Shown: positions 10,406 through 20,930 of the stretch, piece after piece
Numbering within the stretch: position 1 is the stretch's first letter
How the letters are laid out: each line of letters opens with the position of its first letter
Origin: Ginkgo biloba
Lineage: Eukaryota; Plantae; Ginkgophyta
Assembly: GCA_024626585.2 (NCBI GenBank)
Contig: JANKJI020000002.1
Span: 120,732,839-120,753,796, forward strand
Direction of reading: 5' to 3'
Length of the DNA stretch: 20,958 nt
The notes under the pieces: generated by a model
Seen by the model: only the letters and a program-made list of their open reading frames with translations
The model's database searches: none
What the model was told of the DNA's origin: nothing
Translations under genes and position numbers: made by a program

Positions 10406-11940
10406 TGTAATCGCTTCACTATCCATACCTGCAAGATAACCATGCTCAAACAATACGTTAAAGCATTAGAGTACCTAATATAATCTCTCACATACAAGAA
10501 GGTACATAGATTGGGTTACTAGTCCACAAGACAGTGACATAAGAGTAATGACATCCATTATTGGCCTTGGGGACAACCTTAAATGCTCATTGCGTTGGTA
10601 AGAAAACCTTTGAGTGCATTCCCATGCAAATTGTTAGTGTCTAATAGCTATGAATGCTTTGCCGGACTCTACCCCTTCACCCAATGTTAATAATGGTGTA
10701 GGGCCTAAGGTATCATTTCAATGCCTTTTTAGCACCCAGAGTCCTATTGAGGTCTGCCCTTAGCTAGTACTATTTATTTATATGAATTTTGTTACCTTTT
10801 GTTGTGAGTATCCTTTCAACCCATTTTTATGAATTTATGGTACTTAGTGATTAATAGTTTAGTGGGTAGCCTTTCAACTTGATAGGCAAATAAAACACTG
10901 GATATATTTCAACCCTATTGCTAGTTTACACAAATAGCCTACAAAAGTAGAAAAATAACCAAGCTTAATATCTCAAAATAATATTTATTGCTCCTTATGC
11001 CACCCTACAACTAAGGCCTAGGTTTTGACACAGGAGAGGGAAAAAAAATCATGAAGCATGCATAAGGAAATGTTTCTTAAATCAGTTAGCATGCAATTTC
11101 ATCACAACAAGTTGTAAAACAACTAACCCCCCCTAAAGAGAACATCTAGAGAGAGTCACCCTACCTCCAGAAGAATTCTTTTCATGCATTTATTATGGCA
11201 AAACATAATTGAATTCATGTATAACAGTTAAAGGAATGCTTCAACAGTTAGGATTTCATCACTGCTTACAGTTTAGGGTTGACTTACCTTGTGAAAGCCT
11301 CATTCTTTGCATTCAACAGGCTTTAATCTTCCACAAATGCTTCTACAACCACAATTCTTCAGAAGTCAACCACAAACTGGTGCCAGAATCACCTCCATTG
11401 AAGGGTGCTCCACTCTAGGTAGGTCCACGCCACCTTTCTTGAATTCCTTGAGGTCTCTAAGACTATGACAGGGCCAAAAGCTGAAGCCAAAGTGAGACGT
11501 CTAGCTAGGAAATCCTCAATCCTCCTCTTTCAAACCAAAATTCAACCTTATGAGGTGCCTTCTGATAAAAAAAAAGTAGCAACTACGCAGTCTAATTTTT
11601 CTCTAAGGAAAGCCAAAGATTGCCAAGCCAAACCTTGGCCTTCCATAAATAACAAAATTGGGTGTTATAGTTCCTTTCATAGGTTGGTTAGGCTTAGTCG
11701 AGACCACCCTAGCTCCCAACCAGCAACCCATGGTGCTTTGCCAAGTGCTAATTCTTTATTAGAGGCGCCTAACTCTAGGATTTTAAATTGTTGCTTGATA
11801 TTTTTCCCCTTTGGTTGTTCAAAGTTGTTTCCAATGCTGCCACAAGTAGATGTAAGGCCCATTTATTGATTTCCTCACCTTATTTCCCTAACTTTACCTT
11901 TGTTAAAGTCAAATTAACTTGATTTAACTAGCATGTAACA
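10406..11940 (-). repeat. 5' LTR, about 1535 bp, TGT..ACA termini
   Basis: Starts TGTTACA at 11940 and ends TTACA at 10406 before the PBS. 11620-11940 aligns with 15850-16159 and homology ends at the same terminus. 10700-10790 aligns with 13380-13470. Confidence 0.8.
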
Positions 11941-12552
11941 TTACCATTTTAGTAATAGAGTTCAAAGCGATACAACTAATGAATATAAGACACTTATTAA
12001 TGTTGATTAATATATAAGATAATTGGAAATGCCAAGTTAAAAAAACAAAAACATGAACATAAAGGTAGATTGACTAAAGTATATGGATATAGTACAAAGA
12101 GTAGGGTCAAAAATGTACTATCGTATAAGATTAGAAGCGTTTAGTATACCAAAACTATAAGAATTCTTGAACAAGAATAAAATTTTAGAGATTGCTTAGG
12201 CCATCATCGCATTGGGAGAGAGCTCCAAACCCCACATTGGCAACCCTATATAGTTTGGTAATCCTTATAACCTAGACGATTTTCATTCAAGCCTAAGAGA
12301 ACCTATAGGACTATATGGTGAAAACCCTATAGTAAGATTATGATAAGTAGGCGTGTGAGCTATGTAAGCAACTAAGAAAGAGAAATTTGTCATATGGAAC
12401 AAATTAATTAAATCTTTAGTGAATGGATATCAAATCAACCATCATAAGTCCANNNNNNNNNNNNNNNNNNNNNNNNNNNNNNNNNNNNNNNNNNNNNNNN
12501 NNNNNNNNNNNNNNNNNNNNNNNNNNNNNNNNNNNNNNNNNNNNNNNNNNNN

Positions 12553-12970
12553 AATAGTCGAAAGAATGTTTTTGTAGTTAGGTTTTTTAATTATACTTAC
12601 AAATTGGGGTTGACCTACCTATTAAAACCCTTGGAGAATGAGACGTCCTTATGTGAAGTCGGTTGGAATTTTTCACTTTGCTTCTGCTGTTATAATCTTT
12701 TAGAAATCAACCAGCAACTGGTATAAAATCCACCTCAAATGAAGAGCACTTTGCTCCAATTAAGTGTGTCACATTCCTAGGGATTCCAAATGTCTCTTGG
12801 ACTATAATTGTACCAGAAATAGATGCTTCTATCACCTTAAGAAGCACGTTGTCCTCCTTCCAGAGAAAACCCAGTCTTCTGAGGTGTCTTTAATTCAGAA
12901 TAATAACATCTATTCAAATATGATTTCTTTGTCCAAAAGACCCAAAATTACCAAGCCAAAGCTTGTAACA
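12553..12970 (-). repeat. Probable 3' LTR start (extent to the left unknown, runs into a gap)
   Basis: TGTTACA at 12970 immediately follows a purine tract. It shares short motifs (gggttgacYtacct, tgagacgtc) with the other LTRs. Confidence 0.55.
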
Positions 12971-12982
12971 TCCACCCTTTAA
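12971..12982 (-). promoter_or_regulatory. Polypurine tract
   Basis: Minus strand TTAAAGGGTGGA|TGTTACA. Confidence 0.6.
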
Positions 12983-13163
12983 ACCTACACCACAAGAAAA
13001 TTAAGACTTGCAATAGACATAGCAAAATAGAGATATAGATGCAATTATACCCATAGAATGATCTAGTATTAGTTTCAATGATGTTATGCAGTAATAAACA
13101 TACACATACATTGCAAATATTTGTTTATGTTAATTTATACCAATGATATGCAAAAAGTAGACA

Positions 13164-14659
13164 TGTCACAGGTTTCAAAGGAAACATTATTGGGACATAG
13201 GTCGATTTGCAACTATGATTCTAGCCTCTACTGCTGGCCATAGGAACTGACTAATTAGGCTTACCATGATAGCAACTAAATCTCTACTGGCAATACGGTA
13301 CACACTATCAATGCCTAGCAACTATTACTTCTCTACTAGACTCCACCCCTTAGCCAAGCATTAGTAAGGGTGTAAAGTGTAGGTCTATTTTCAAGCCCTC
13401 CTTTAGCACAAGGATTGCCCTCTCAGATAAGACATCCACCCCACTAGCAATTATTTATTTATATTAATTCATTTAGTCTAGCTACAAGTAGTATAGTATA
13501 AAACCCTACACCTACAAAAGCAGTGCATAGAACCAATCAAAACAAAACATAGGCATAATCCTCCAACCAGACTAATGCACCAACATGGTCTACAAAACCT
13601 ATGGCTATATAAAAGGTTGATCGAAACCAGTCATTCACGGGTCACCAAAGCATAGCTCTCCCTCCTAGGGTATCTTTCGACCCTATTGTTAGTCAACCCT
13701 ACAAATAAATGCATGCACATGGCTAAGAGTAATAAAGCACGATCCAAAGTCAAACTAATTCATCCCCTAGTAGAATCTCTAACTAATGTGATGTTGCCCT
13801 AGACTGGTCTCTAGGGTTTTTGAATAAAATTAGGGGAAAATATGTGTATGATGCAAAGGATTTCTTTCTTATGTCAATAATCGATATATAACGGCATAGG
13901 TCATTTTAACCCCTCAATTAGAGTTGCCCTACTCTATATGAGTTATTTTCGATAATTTGGATTCTTCCTATTTACATTAATTTATCTCAACGAAATTCAA
14001 CATTCTGGCCCACACTATTTATATTGATTTGTATGGACAAAAATATGACAATTTATAGGTAATTTATCTAAAAACTAGAAAACTTGCAAAATGAGAGTTT
14101 CAAAAATACTTACAAAACCATAGACTCACCCAGGTGAAAAGCTCTAGATGAAGATGCCAAATACCTTTATGGATGAAATCACCTTGCTCCATGGCCCAGA
14201 ACTAAAGTAATCTGCTCTAAACTCCTAAACTTGGTTCAACTTTCCTCAAAATTGCCATGCAATCTTGCTAGAAGCATTGTGTCACCCTTTGGAGCCACCA
14301 ATAGCCTGAGATGAAGCCCTTTGTCAAATAAAGTCCTTAGACTGAGACATCTTACAGCTTACCACATCTAGGCTCTTAGTTACAGGATTTCCCCTCAATG
14401 AGACGTCACTATTTAGGTGCAATAACTATTCGACAATATGCTAAAAAGCAATGTAGAGTTTAACACTCCACTATGTAGCCAAAAAACGAAAATCTAATGA
14501 CAAGTGAAGACACCCTAGCCCGATGCTCAGAATGATGATAAGAAAGTTGCTCAAGCTCTATGCAACCTCTATATGTGTAAGAAATTCTAGGCTTAAACTC
14601 GTCTAGAAAAGATGGACTTGTTCTTGGCAATGCCCTAATCCTAAAAGCTCTTCCATGGT
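13164..14659 (-). repeat. LTR copy A (3' portion; ends TGTGACA at 13164, no PBS)
   Basis: Direct-repeat homology to 14760-15607 and inverted homology to 1342-2767. Confidence 0.75.
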
Positions 14660-15380
14660 NNNNNNNNNNNNNNNNNNNNNNNNNNNNNNNNNNNNNNNNN
14701 NNNNNNNNNNNNNNNNNNNNNNNNNNNNNNNNNNNNNNNNNNNNNNNNNNNNNNNNNNNTAAAGTAGGACTGATCCATCCCCTAATAGATATCTCTGAGT
14801 AATGCCATGTTTTCCTAGACTAGGCTTCGGGTTTTTTGTAGAAAAGAAGGAAGAAATGCTTGCATGATGCAAAAGTGTACTTTCCTATGTTTGTAATAAA
14901 TATCTAATAACTTAGGAATGTTAGGCTATTATAAATGCATCACATCCAACCTTCAATAGGAGTTGTCTTGCTTTATATGAGTCGTTTTAAGAANNNNNNN
15001 NNNNNNNNNNNNNNNNNNNNNNNNNNNNNNNNNNNNNNNNNNNNNNNNNNNNNNNNNNNNNNNNNNNNNNNNNNNNNNNNNNNNNNNNNNNNNNNNNNNN
15101 NNNAAGGTTTTAGAACATTTACAAATGAAGAGACTTACCAGGATGAAATGCTCTAATGCCAAATCACTTTTTGTTGAAAAGGCTCTACTCCACAACCCTA
15201 AATTAAGTTCAACTTTGCTTAGAATTGCAACACAGCTAAGATAGAAACAATGCATCACCCTTTACAACAATAAATAGCCTCAAATGATGTCCTTTATCCA
15301 GAAAAACTCCTTAGAGTGAGAGGCAATGAAGAAAATCTCCCAAGTGAGACGTCACTTACCGGGTGTAATATTTGTTTAAT

Positions 15381-15398
15381 AAAAAAAAAAAAAAAAAA
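15381..15398. repeat. A18 homopolymer inside LTR copy B
   Basis: Visible. The homologous spot in copy A has only a short A-run. Confidence 0.9.
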
Positions 15399-15735
15399 TC
15401 CATAATGCAACACTCCACTTTGTAGCTAGAAATAAGAAACTTGAAGAAAGGAATGAGGATGCACTAGCCATATGCTTAGAATGATGATAAGAGAGTTGCT
15501 CAAGCTCTATTCAACCCTTGTATGTATAAGAAAATTTGGGCTTAACCCTCCATAGAAGAGCGAACTTGTCCTTGGTGATGCCTTGATCCAAAGACCTCTT
15601 CCATAGTGTTGTTAGACTCATGTCATTACCCTACGGGAGGTGCCCTACATTGCCTTAAACCTAGGGCCCTTCTTTTGCCTCTTATCTCTCTTCGAAGCGC
15701 TTCTTTTGGTGATAGAAGGTCTATTATAATGCAAC

Positions 15736-15836
15736 AAAGCCATGTGAGTCTTATCTCGAAAAGAGTGAAAGTATGTAAGTTTCACAATGAAACTTACATA
15801 CTTTCACTCTTTTCGAGATAAGACTCACATGGCTTT
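15736..15836. repeat. Perfect inverted repeat, 49-bp arms, 3-nt loop (CAA)
   Basis: 15736-15784 aaagccatgtgagtcttatctcgaaaagagtgaaagtatgtaagtttca is the exact reverse complement of 15788-15836. Imperfect pairing extends to about 15715/15857. Confidence 0.97.
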
Positions 15837-16159
15837 ATTGCGCCATTAGAAACCTTTGCCTTTCTTAAATAGTAAAACAAAGCGCTCTCAAATCTTCCAT
15901 GGGTTGGTTAGGCTATGTTGAGCCCGCTCAAACTCAGAATTGCCAACCCATGGGACTTTGCCATGTTTTACTTCCTCGTTGGAGGCACCTTATACTGAGC
16001 TCTTGAATTATTGCTTGAGAGTTTCACCTTTTGACTTATCATAGCTATTCTCGATGGTGCCACAAGTAGGTGTCAGGTCCACTTACTAGCTTCTTCACTC
16101 ATTAGCTTAACCTTTTCCTTTCTTAAATGAAATTCACTTGATTTGTTTACGTTGTAATA

Positions 16160-16808
16160 ATGTAGCTTGCTATGACTTCCAGTTACTAATTTTGATGGCT
16201 GACTACCATCATATTGTCACAACAAAATTGTCCATTCTCATATAAGTTTTAGATAATATATGCTGTAATCTATTGGATTTTCAATTTTCTTGGCTTGGTA
16301 TGGAATTTTTCCTATAGAAAGACTTTATTGCCCTATTGGAATGTTGGGGCCTTAATATGATGGTTGCCCATGCCTTATAGTTTTACTTCTCCACCTCTAA
16401 TGTCCATAGGGCAAGGGCATGTCGCTCTTCTTAATACAATAGTTGCTACAATTGCTAGGTAATAAATTCCTTGCCCCTTAGATGACACTCTAAAGCAACA
16501 CTAAATTGAGCACTTCTAACTCCCTTCGGATGACAACTTCCAAACCATAAACTAATTGGAGTAGTGTTTCCCTTGTAGCTCATTTTTCTATTTCTTGAAA
16601 TGCCCACAATGCTGAATGATTATTTTTTGCTCACTCAATATGACTGACGTCCCAAATCCTTGTGAGGGTAGTTTATAAAATTTTATTTGAACTCTCTACC
16701 TTCTTGTTGTATCTTGAATAATTGGGTTTGGATCTGCAATGGGTAATCATAAATGCTTTTGTTAACTCCACAACTTCATTAATAAATCTACCTCCTTGAT
16801 CATTGACT
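16160..16808 (-). mobile_element. Non-chromoviral (Tat/Athila-like) gypsy integrase, core to C-terminus, pseudogenised
   Basis: Manual translation, not in the ORF track: NDQGGRFINEVVELTKAFMITHCRSKPNYSRYNKKVESSNKIL*TTLTRI..HSALWAFQ..TRETLLQLVYGLEVVIRRELEV..PTFQ*GNKVFL..PRKLKIQ*ITAYII*NLYENG..DG..LVTGSHSKLH. Confidence 0.88.
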
Positions 16809-16866
16809 NNNNNNNNNNNNNNNNNNNNNNNNNNTTATAAGGAAATTGCGTTGTGGTTTTGGCATC

Positions 16867-17700
16867 TTTTTTTTTTTTTAAATGTTGCTTATATTAAATC
16901 AGAAAACAAATGAAGTACATGACAAGTTATTGCCGCAAACGGGCGAGTAAGAAATACATATTCTTGGCTCCACTAGGAACCAATGCTATTTCCTTCTTGA
17001 AAGCATGCAAGTTACCTATAATCTACTCTGATATTTCTAAATGCATCTAAGTCATAAAGCTTCAAGGCTTTACTTCTTCCTTGGAATGTCAAACTACATC
17101 TTTGCTTCCAAAGGAAAAAAAGGCCTGCAAGTCTCACTGTATCCCAGAAAGTTTGTCGGACGCTCTAATCATCTAATTGTTGCCAAAAAGGACTCCTTTC
17201 CATCTCAGGGATGCGACAAACAATTTGCATATTCTGTCTGTATCCAGTCCCAGAGGGCTCTAGCCATTGGGCAATGCCAAAACACATGTTGAACTGATCC
17301 AATCTTCTAACATATAACACAATGAGGGTCTGTGAAACCTAATTGATGCAATCGATCTTTGACAACAAGAATATGGTGTATCACTAACCAACACAGGATC
17401 TGGAGTTTGTGTGATGCTTGTGCCTTCGATATACAGTGACATCTCCTCCGCCATCGCTCTTCCAGGTCACAAGTTCTCCATTTACGATTAAGCCAGGGGG
17501 AAATAGGTTTCACACATCGTACTGCACTATACAGGAGTTAGTATCATAACTGAAGAAAGGCTTCTCATTGCTCCATCACCAGTCCCTCCAATAGATCCCA
17601 CTGAATGGAAATTGAAGTTTGAAGAGACAGTCTTTTGGAAGTGCTTTGCATAACTCCAATATAGAAGGCTTATCACATTGTGAGATTGCCACTTGAATTT
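16867..17700 (-). mobile_element. 5'-truncated L1-clade LINE (ORF2 C-terminal zf-RVT/CCHC, 3' region, poly(A))
   Basis: KLQILCWLVIHHILVVKDRLHQLGFTDPHCVIC*KIGSVQHVFWHCPMARALWDW is a zf-RVT pattern. A13 tail at 16879-16867. The 5' boundary is approximate and no TSD was identified. Confidence 0.87.
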
Positions 17701-18448
17701 TTATTGTGGCACTGTCACTTGATTGCTTTCCTTTCTTTTATTTTCTATCTTAAGTATGGTAAACAATAACTATTGGACTTCCTAACAATCCTTTATAATT
17801 CTACAATAAAGTCCAATGTGATGCTTTTTAAATTTGTATTTCCTTTCAATTGTAACTTCTATCCCTTTAAATATGAAAACAAGTTCATGACCCCTTGAAC
17901 AAATGACCACATCATTATGCCATAACCACTTTTTGCTTAAAATTATATCATAAATGTTGTTATAGCCAAAAAAAGTCGGGTAGTATTGTCTTGTTAACTG
18001 GTTAAGAACTAAAGGAATCTTTGGAGGCAAGAGCATGCATTTGGCATTTATTAGTCTGCACTCCAAAAGAGGTTATTTTGAGAAAGAAATGTAACAAGAG
18101 ATTACTTAGGGAGGTGTGCTAGTTAAGGGCACTTGTACACCCAATGTAATTTTAGCCACATGGTTAACCACTAAGGGCCTCTTGGAGTATGGACGAGCTT
18201 CAAGGACAAGCTAGTCCTTAAGTGGGGTTTTTTGCCTCTCCTACTGTATATTTAAGGGTGATGCTTGGCTTAGAAATCATCTTTTAGCATTATCATTTTG
18301 CTTTGAAGAAGGCGATTTAGTTTTTGACTGTCTGTTGAGGACTTAGTGGCTGAATTATCCTCTTGGTTGAAGTCGCTGGGTATAAACACTGCCCTTTTTC
18401 TGCATGTTGGAGGTTGGGTGATTTGTTTTTTGGAGTGTTTCTACACTC

Positions 18449-18750
18449 TTGTACTTGGCACATGTTAAAATGCACCTAGTATTTCATGTGAGCTTTTTGA
18501 AAAAGGCTTTATCCAAATATGATAATGTTCTACCTACTTATGTTGATGTGCACGAAGTAGGGCAAGAGGTGCATGATCCAATAGGGATATTGGATGAGAG
18601 ATCTAGAAGGATGGAGAATAGAGAGAGAGTTGAATATCGTGTGGAATGGCCAAATAAACCTTTGGAAGAAGCTACATGGGAGTATGTAGCTTTTTGTAGA
18701 GAGGTTGGTCTCATTGGACACAATTATCTTCCTAGGGTAGGGATAGATAT
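18449..18750 (+). mobile_element. Chromovirus integrase C-terminus with chromodomain and probable PPT
   Basis: KMHLVFHVSFLKK..DPIGILDERSRRMENRERVEYRVEWPNKPLEEATWE matches HPVFHVSxLKK plus the chromodomain EYLVxWxxxPxEEATWE. Purine-rich agggtagggataga near 18734-18747. Confidence 0.9.
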
Positions 18751-19740
18751 TATAATTGAGAAAAGTCAAGTTAATAATGACTAGTTAAGTGGTTCAGAAC
18801 CGAAGGTATCTTTGGAGGCAACAACACACATTTTGCATNNNNNNNNNNNNNNNNNNNNNNNNNNNNNNNNNNNNNNNNNNNNNNNNNNNNNNNNNNNNNN
18901 NNNNNNNNNNNNNNNNNNNNNNNNNNNNNNNNNNNNNNCTCTCCACCCAACTTGTTTCTTGTTGATGCAAAATATTTCTAGGAGAGTTTTTATTTCCCTC
19001 TTTCTTTGTAATGTCTTAGATTTAGTTCTAAAGAGGCTAGAGGTCCTCGCTAGATTTGTATGACATATGCACATTATGATAGTCCTATTGACCGCTTCTT
19101 GGTCACTAGTGGAGATTAATACATTTTCATTTCATTTCTGGATTTTACCTTAAAGCTAAATTTGCTTGATTTGATTGCCTTGTAACATGAGGTTGAATTG
19201 TTTGAAAATTTTTAACTTTTGTTTGTCAGCCAATATGTTAGTAGATTGCTTCTAGAGGTGTTCTAGTGATTTTTTTTGAAATTGGAGCTAGTATATTCTA
19301 AGGAGCTATTACAACTACAATTACTTTTGTAGTAGGCATCTCTTTCAAACGATTGAATGTATGTATTTGCCATGTTTTGTTTATTACGTATTTATTTAAT
19401 CTCCTATCTGGCTTTCTCTGCGTAGAGCTTCTTGACTTTCTCTTTCAATTGTCATGCTTCTTCTTGTTGTTTGTTGGCAACGCGTCTATAGCTTGTAACG
19501 CTGGCTTAGTGGTGAGAAAACCATCCTTCTCCTTTTTGGCATTCGAAAAGTCGCCTTAGCTACAATACAGGTTTTGGTTTGTCTTTTTACCATTCTTTGT
19601 GGAAACATTAACCTCGTATGATTTGATTGCCTCTTGACAAGATTGACTATTTTATTTTGTTTTGGACAATTTTCCTAAGTATGGTGGTTGCCTGGTTCAT
19701 AATTCTTGTAGAGTGAGCCCTTGTCATTCTATTGAGAGGG

Positions 19741-19782
19741 GCAATATTTGAAGTAGTGTCCCCATTTTGAACACTTCATGCA
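19741..19782 (-). other. Gag CX2CX4HX4C zinc knuckle
   Basis: tgc atg aag tgt tca aaa tgg gga cac tac ttc aaa tat tgc = CMKCSKWGHYFKYC. Confidence 0.85.
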
Positions 19783-20734
19783 ATAGTCACAAGGTGTTGG
19801 ATGTGTATTGTTACAACTAGCACTTTGATATTACATGGAGAGTAAGATTACTGTGATAACCTCCTTATTGTCCCGGGCCTCGCTCATGTTTGTCCTGTTG
19901 ATTTTGTAAGTCGAATATCAATCCTTGGTGTCCTGTGTATAAGCTTCAAAGATGGTGCACCATTTCTTTTCTAGGTCGAGTTGTTCAACATCCTCATTGT
20001 GAGTATGTCCCATATGGTTGTCCTTCTTGAACTAGATGTCCTTTTGGGGTCTCTCCTTTTCAAGTTTTAACTAAGTGATTTAGCTCATATCGTCTTGATT
20101 TGGTCATTCATGGCGTTTGAATTTTTGTCAGCTAGTGTCACATTTCTAGTTGGACAAAAAGCATAGCCTAGTTGATAATCATCGTAATCATGGTTGTTTG
20201 AGTAGCGAACATGTTGATACATGCATTTGTTTCTTGAAGGCCATGGCCAAGATGAACCTACTCGTAACTCTACATTGAATGTTGTGAATCTTCTCCTTAT
20301 ATGACAGCAACAATCCTTTAATGAAATAATTAAGCATATGAATTGGTGTTACAACATTGTGCGTTTAATTTGGATGCAATGATTTGCAATCGACCATCAT
20401 AGTCACAGATAATTTCACCATGTTGTTTGATTTCCTTTAACACCTTAATAATGGATGTCAAATCTCACAAGGTTTGGAATCGATCCAAGAAGAGTTCTTG
20501 GACCACAAATGATGGTGAACATAGTGGAACTATAACAAAGGAGTGCCTTGAGTGTCAAAAAGAATTTCCATTTGATTTTTTTATAGCCAAGAGCATTGAA
20601 AGGGGCATTATTGTTAAGGAACAACACAAGATGGTTGGAAGGGTCATTGTGTTCATCATAGATCAAGTGAGACATGGAACTGCCTGTTTGGATAGTAATT
20701 GGTTGGACCTTATGCCCCCGCCCCCCCATTCCAA

Positions 20735-20930
20735 TTGTAACCCAAGTTATAACCATAATTACTATTATTACCATCGTTTTTGTTACCACCGTTATTGTTG
20801 TTATTATTATGCTTATTGTTACACTGCTTATCATTCCTAAAATTGTTATTATCATTACTACTTGTTATTACTACCACTGTTATCTTTGTTACAATCATTA
20901 CCGTTGATATTTCCATTACCACCATTATAG
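20735..20930. repeat. Degenerate (TTA/TTG/TAC)n low-complexity triplet tract (Asn/Gly codons on minus)
   Basis: Minus frame reads SSNDNNNFRNDKQCNNKHNNNNNNGGNKNDGNNSNYGYN. This explains the cluster of spurious overlapping ORFs. Confidence 0.85.

Larger units (their letters stand above)
8820..11940 (-). mobile_element. Partial Ty3/gypsy LTR retrotransposon (5' LTR-PBS-gag-PR-RT), truncated at a gap
   Basis: All parts are in the correct order and orientation on the minus strand (see sub-features), with many stops and frameshifts. Confidence 0.88.
14760..16159 (-). repeat. LTR copy B (5' portion; terminus TATTACA at 16159)
   Basis: 14760-14990 aligns with 13745-13950, 15105-15607 with 14095-14659 (e.g. 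agaatgatgataaga(a/g)agttgctcaagctctat), and 15850-16159 with 11620-11940. Confidence 0.78.

Noticed and set aside
11209-11869. ORFs of 69-134 aa inside the LTR
   Set aside because: No recognisable domain, and I did not see the frames preserved in the homologous LTR copy.
15375-15398. AATAAA plus poly(A) as a retrocopy or SINE tail
   Set aside because: Both flanks align continuously with LTR copy A, so it is a slippage expansion.
18090-18448. Possible LTR (TGTAAC start, TATATTTAAG motif) before the chromodomain fragment
   Set aside because: No second copy, terminus, PBS or TSD to support its boundaries.
20427-20925. Four overlapping ORFs, including hydrophobic Ile/Thr-rich and Tyr/Cys-rich peptides
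   Set aside because: These are alternate frames of an Asn-codon low-complexity tract in a decayed gag.
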